In this document: piece after piece, positions 60,974 through 64,000 of the stretch
How the letters are laid out: every line of letters begins with the position of its first letter
Numbering within the stretch: the first letter of the stretch is position 1
DNA from: Octopus vulgaris
Lineage: Eukaryota
Assembly (NCBI GenBank): GCA_951406725.2
Contig: OX597814.1
Span: 18,972,001 to 19,036,000, forward strand
Length of the DNA stretch: 64,000 nucleotides
Direction: 5' to 3'
The notes under the pieces: model-generated
Told to the model about the DNA's origin: nothing
The model's database searches: none
What the model saw: the letters and a program-made list of their open reading frames with translations, nothing else
Translations under genes and position numbers: made by a program

Positions 60974-61372
60974 CTAGCAGTATCGCCCGGCGTTGCTTGG
61001 ATTTGTAAGGGAAATAACTATATAAGCATTTTTAGAGAGTTATAGCCAAAAAATAGCAAAAAAATGCATTAAAAATGGAAAACAAATGATGGTAAATTTT
61101 TTTTAAAATCGTTGACTCATCGTAGACATTTTTAGAGAGTTACTTCCCTTATGTAATAGCGAAAAAATGCATTAAAATGGGAAAAAAATTATAGTAAATT
61201 TTTATTTAAATCGTAGACTCATCGTAGACGCGCGCTAATACCCAGAAGGGCTCGATATGAATCACGACTATAAGATACCCGATTTTGGTTAAACTGCACC
61301 GCAAAATGTGGGAGTAGTTAGGAATTTAAATCATAGGAGACAGACACACAACTTGACTTTTATATATAAAGA
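60974..61372 (-). mobile_element. Non-autonomous Helitron (same 3' end, different body)
   Basis: CTAGCAGTATCGCCCGGCGTTGCT terminus shared with 21400 and 29918; TATATATAAAGA|T other end; internal duplication. Confidence 0.85.
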
Positions 61373-61880
61373 TGAAAGAAATTGATAGTTTAATGTTAAC
61401 TATGATAGTTAGCTGGTTCCAATAATAAGAATTTACGGAACGAGGGACCTGGAATATTTTGAACATGAAGCTTACTGTTAGTGTAATATATATCTTGTAT
61501 TCATTGTAATGAATGTATTCCTTGATAACAAATGCTTACTAGTGTATTTAATAGATTTTAAGTTAACAAACGAGCCACGTCATAGCAATCCAAATTGCTA
61601 GCGATAACGACGAAATCTCTCATAGGATATTACGTCACCTTGTAAAAGGAAGAATAACTTGGACTGTTGAACGCTTGTTGATTTGTTCGACCAATTGATA
61701 GCACATTTTGCTTTAAATGTACATACTCCTACAGCAAATAGAACAATGATCTGATCCTGAAAAAATAGTATTTATATGTATGTGAAAGAGATGGCATCAA
61801 GCACTCACAAATTCTCGAAAATATACGGAAACAATGTTAATTTAGAGTTAGAGCTATTCTAAAGAGCGAACTGAATGCGA

Positions 61881-61955
<75 letters not shown>

Positions 61956-62018
61956 GAGTGAGAGAGCAGTTCATGCCATCAAAGTGACACTGGGGTAAAA
62001 TATACGAAGCCCAATATA

Positions 62019-63308
62019 CGAGGGACGTTCAATAAGTAATGCCTCTGACCCACTTGCATTTGTTTGATCTAGCTGAAATGTTGCATGTGCAATCATTTAT
62101 ATCTTTATAGAGTAAGTGGCAAATTACAGCTCTGAATTAATTGTGGTTTCTGATTTACAGGTGTTTGAACCGAGTCAAGTGTGAAATGGAGCCTGTTGAG
62201 TGTCGAGCAGTGATCCGGTTTTTGTATTTGAAAGGACGCACACCACGGGAGACTTTTGATGAAATGAAAGTAACTTATGGCGATGATGCCCCATCATATG
62301 ACCTTGTAAAACGCTGGCATCGTGAATTCAAACATGGTCGGAACTCTGTGGAAACAGCTCCCAGATCTGGTCGCCCCTTCTGCCATTGATGAGGCATCTG
62401 TCCGTCAAGTTGAGGCTGCCATTTTGGAAGATCGACGCATAACTATTCGCCAAATAGTCCATGAGGTCAAGATTAGTACTGGGTCTGTGGAAACTATCAT
62501 TCATGACCATTTGCATATGCAAAACGTGTCTGACAGATGGATTCCCAGGTTGCTCACGCCTTTCCAGAAGCAAGAACGCGTCGAGTGCTCGAGGGTGAAT
62601 TTGGAGATGTGCCAAGAAGATGAGTCAACATTTTCCAAAAGACTGATTACACAGGATGAAACCTGGGTCCATCACGATGATCCAGAGACCAAAGCCCAGT
62701 CAATGCAGTGGAAGCACCGTGACTCACCCCCTCCAAAGAAGGCAAGGGTGCAGCCCTCCGCTGGCAAGGTCATGCTCACAGTCTCCTGAGACCAGGACGG
62801 AGTAGTGATGACAGATTTCCTGGCAAAGGGTACCACAATTGCAGGAGCCTATTATGCTTCACTTTTGAGGAAATTAAGAGAAGTTATCAAAATCAAGAGG
62901 CGGGGCAAGATCAGCAAAGGCATCCTCCTCCTGCAGGACAACGCTCCGGTCCACAACTTGCTTGTCGCCAGATCAGCAGCACAGGCGTATAGCTATGAAC
63001 TCCTCCCCATCCCCCCTACTTTCGTGACCTTGCACCCTCTGATTTTCACCTCTTCCCAATCATGAAGTTGTTTTTGAAAGGAAAGCGTTTCCCAGATGAT
63101 GCAGTCTTGATTTCTGAAGTCACGTTGAGGTTGGAGGACCAAGCTGGGTTCTTCTACAAAAACGGTCTCCAGAGCCGCATCAAACGATGGAAGAAATGCG
63201 TAACTCTGGGTGGTTCCTATGTAGAAAAAGACTAATAACTGTGCCAAGTTTCGTTGCTCTACTTCTATGGGAAGTGGGTCAGGGGCATTACTTATTGAAC
63301 GCCCCTCG
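62019..63308 (+). mobile_element. Full-length mariner transposon (1290 bp), irritans-like
   Basis: TA TSDs at 62017-18 and 63309-10; ~37-bp TIRs CGAGGG(A/G)CGTTCAATAAGTAATGCC(T/C)CTGACCCACTT. Confidence 0.97.
62186..63235 (+). pseudogene. Mariner DD34D transposase, disrupted
   Basis: MEPVECRAVIRFL, RSGRP, WIPRLL, ITQDETW, SAGKVM, QDNAP, DLAPSDFHLF, YVEKD*; frameshifts near 62378 and 63010-63025, TGA at 62787. Confidence 0.95.
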
Positions 63309-63795
63309 TACCCATCATGACTACCCGTCTGATAAGGGTACATCAGGCACATGCATCACAACCATATGTGCGCAATATGGTGATCTCATATCAAGATAAA
63401 CAGCACATGACCTTGCAGGTGGGGCCCAGTTAGAAATTTCTTCTGGTTGAGTAGCCCATCCCGCTCAAAAGGTCCCTGAATAAGGGTTGTTTAAGGATGT
63501 TGAAAGAACCACCCATGTTTCCAGAGGTGAATTATCCAAACCCCAAACAATCCTTCTCAACACATGGCTATGATGCTCCCCCACTACTTCTGCTCGTGAT
63601 CAGAGATGCACATATCGTCAGCCACTAAGGGACATGCTCAACTGGTTAAGGTCAAACAACTGAATTTGTGGTATTGAGCAGAATATTTTCTGTAGCCCAT
63701 CTTTTATACCAAGACAAAACAATGTGCATGATAACACTTCCAATCAGTTAAGATCAGAATCCATGAGAGCCACTGCCTGGTACTGCAACAGGGCA

Positions 63796-63796
<1 letters not shown>

Positions 63797-63879
<83 letters not shown>

Positions 63880-63896
63880 ATTGTTATTATTTTGTT

Positions 63897-63994
<98 letters not shown>

Positions 63995-64000
63995 CATTAT
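63797..64000. repeat. Compound microsatellite (TTA/TTG/TCA)
   Basis: Direct reading. Confidence 0.95.

Larger units (their letters stand above)
61956..63796. repeat. ~550-bp non-coding element embedded in (TTA)n and split by the mariner
   Basis: Complex sequence 61956-62018 and 63309-63796 flanked on both sides by (TTA)n. Confidence 0.55.

Overview
AT-rich, repeat-saturated animal genomic DNA, most consistent with an octopus (coleoid cephalopod) intron or intergenic region (inferred from the SINE repertoire and microsatellite density). No intact host gene is recognisable, and nearly all listed ORFs are microsatellite read-throughs. Real content includes Penelope-like element (PLE) fragments (Neptune-type RT and GIY-YIG, a decayed WFNPP/Naiad-like RT) and CR1/L2-group and RLE-type LINE fragments. 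There are also at least four tRNA-derived SINE families, three non-autonomous Helitrons, a CCGTA-TIR MITE, one full-length but disrupted mariner, three older Tc1/mariner relics and a 32-bp minisatellite. The most notable signal is about a dozen dispersed minimal type I hammerhead-ribozyme motifs from several PLE-associated families, some with recurring non-canonical catalytic cores. Other notable observations are a SINE that appears to target GGTAT (including its own head), a covarying SINE/LINE tail hairpin, and a possible ~5.2-kb inversion splitting a Penelope element. All calls were made by eye, and element boundaries without TSDs or TIRs are approximate.
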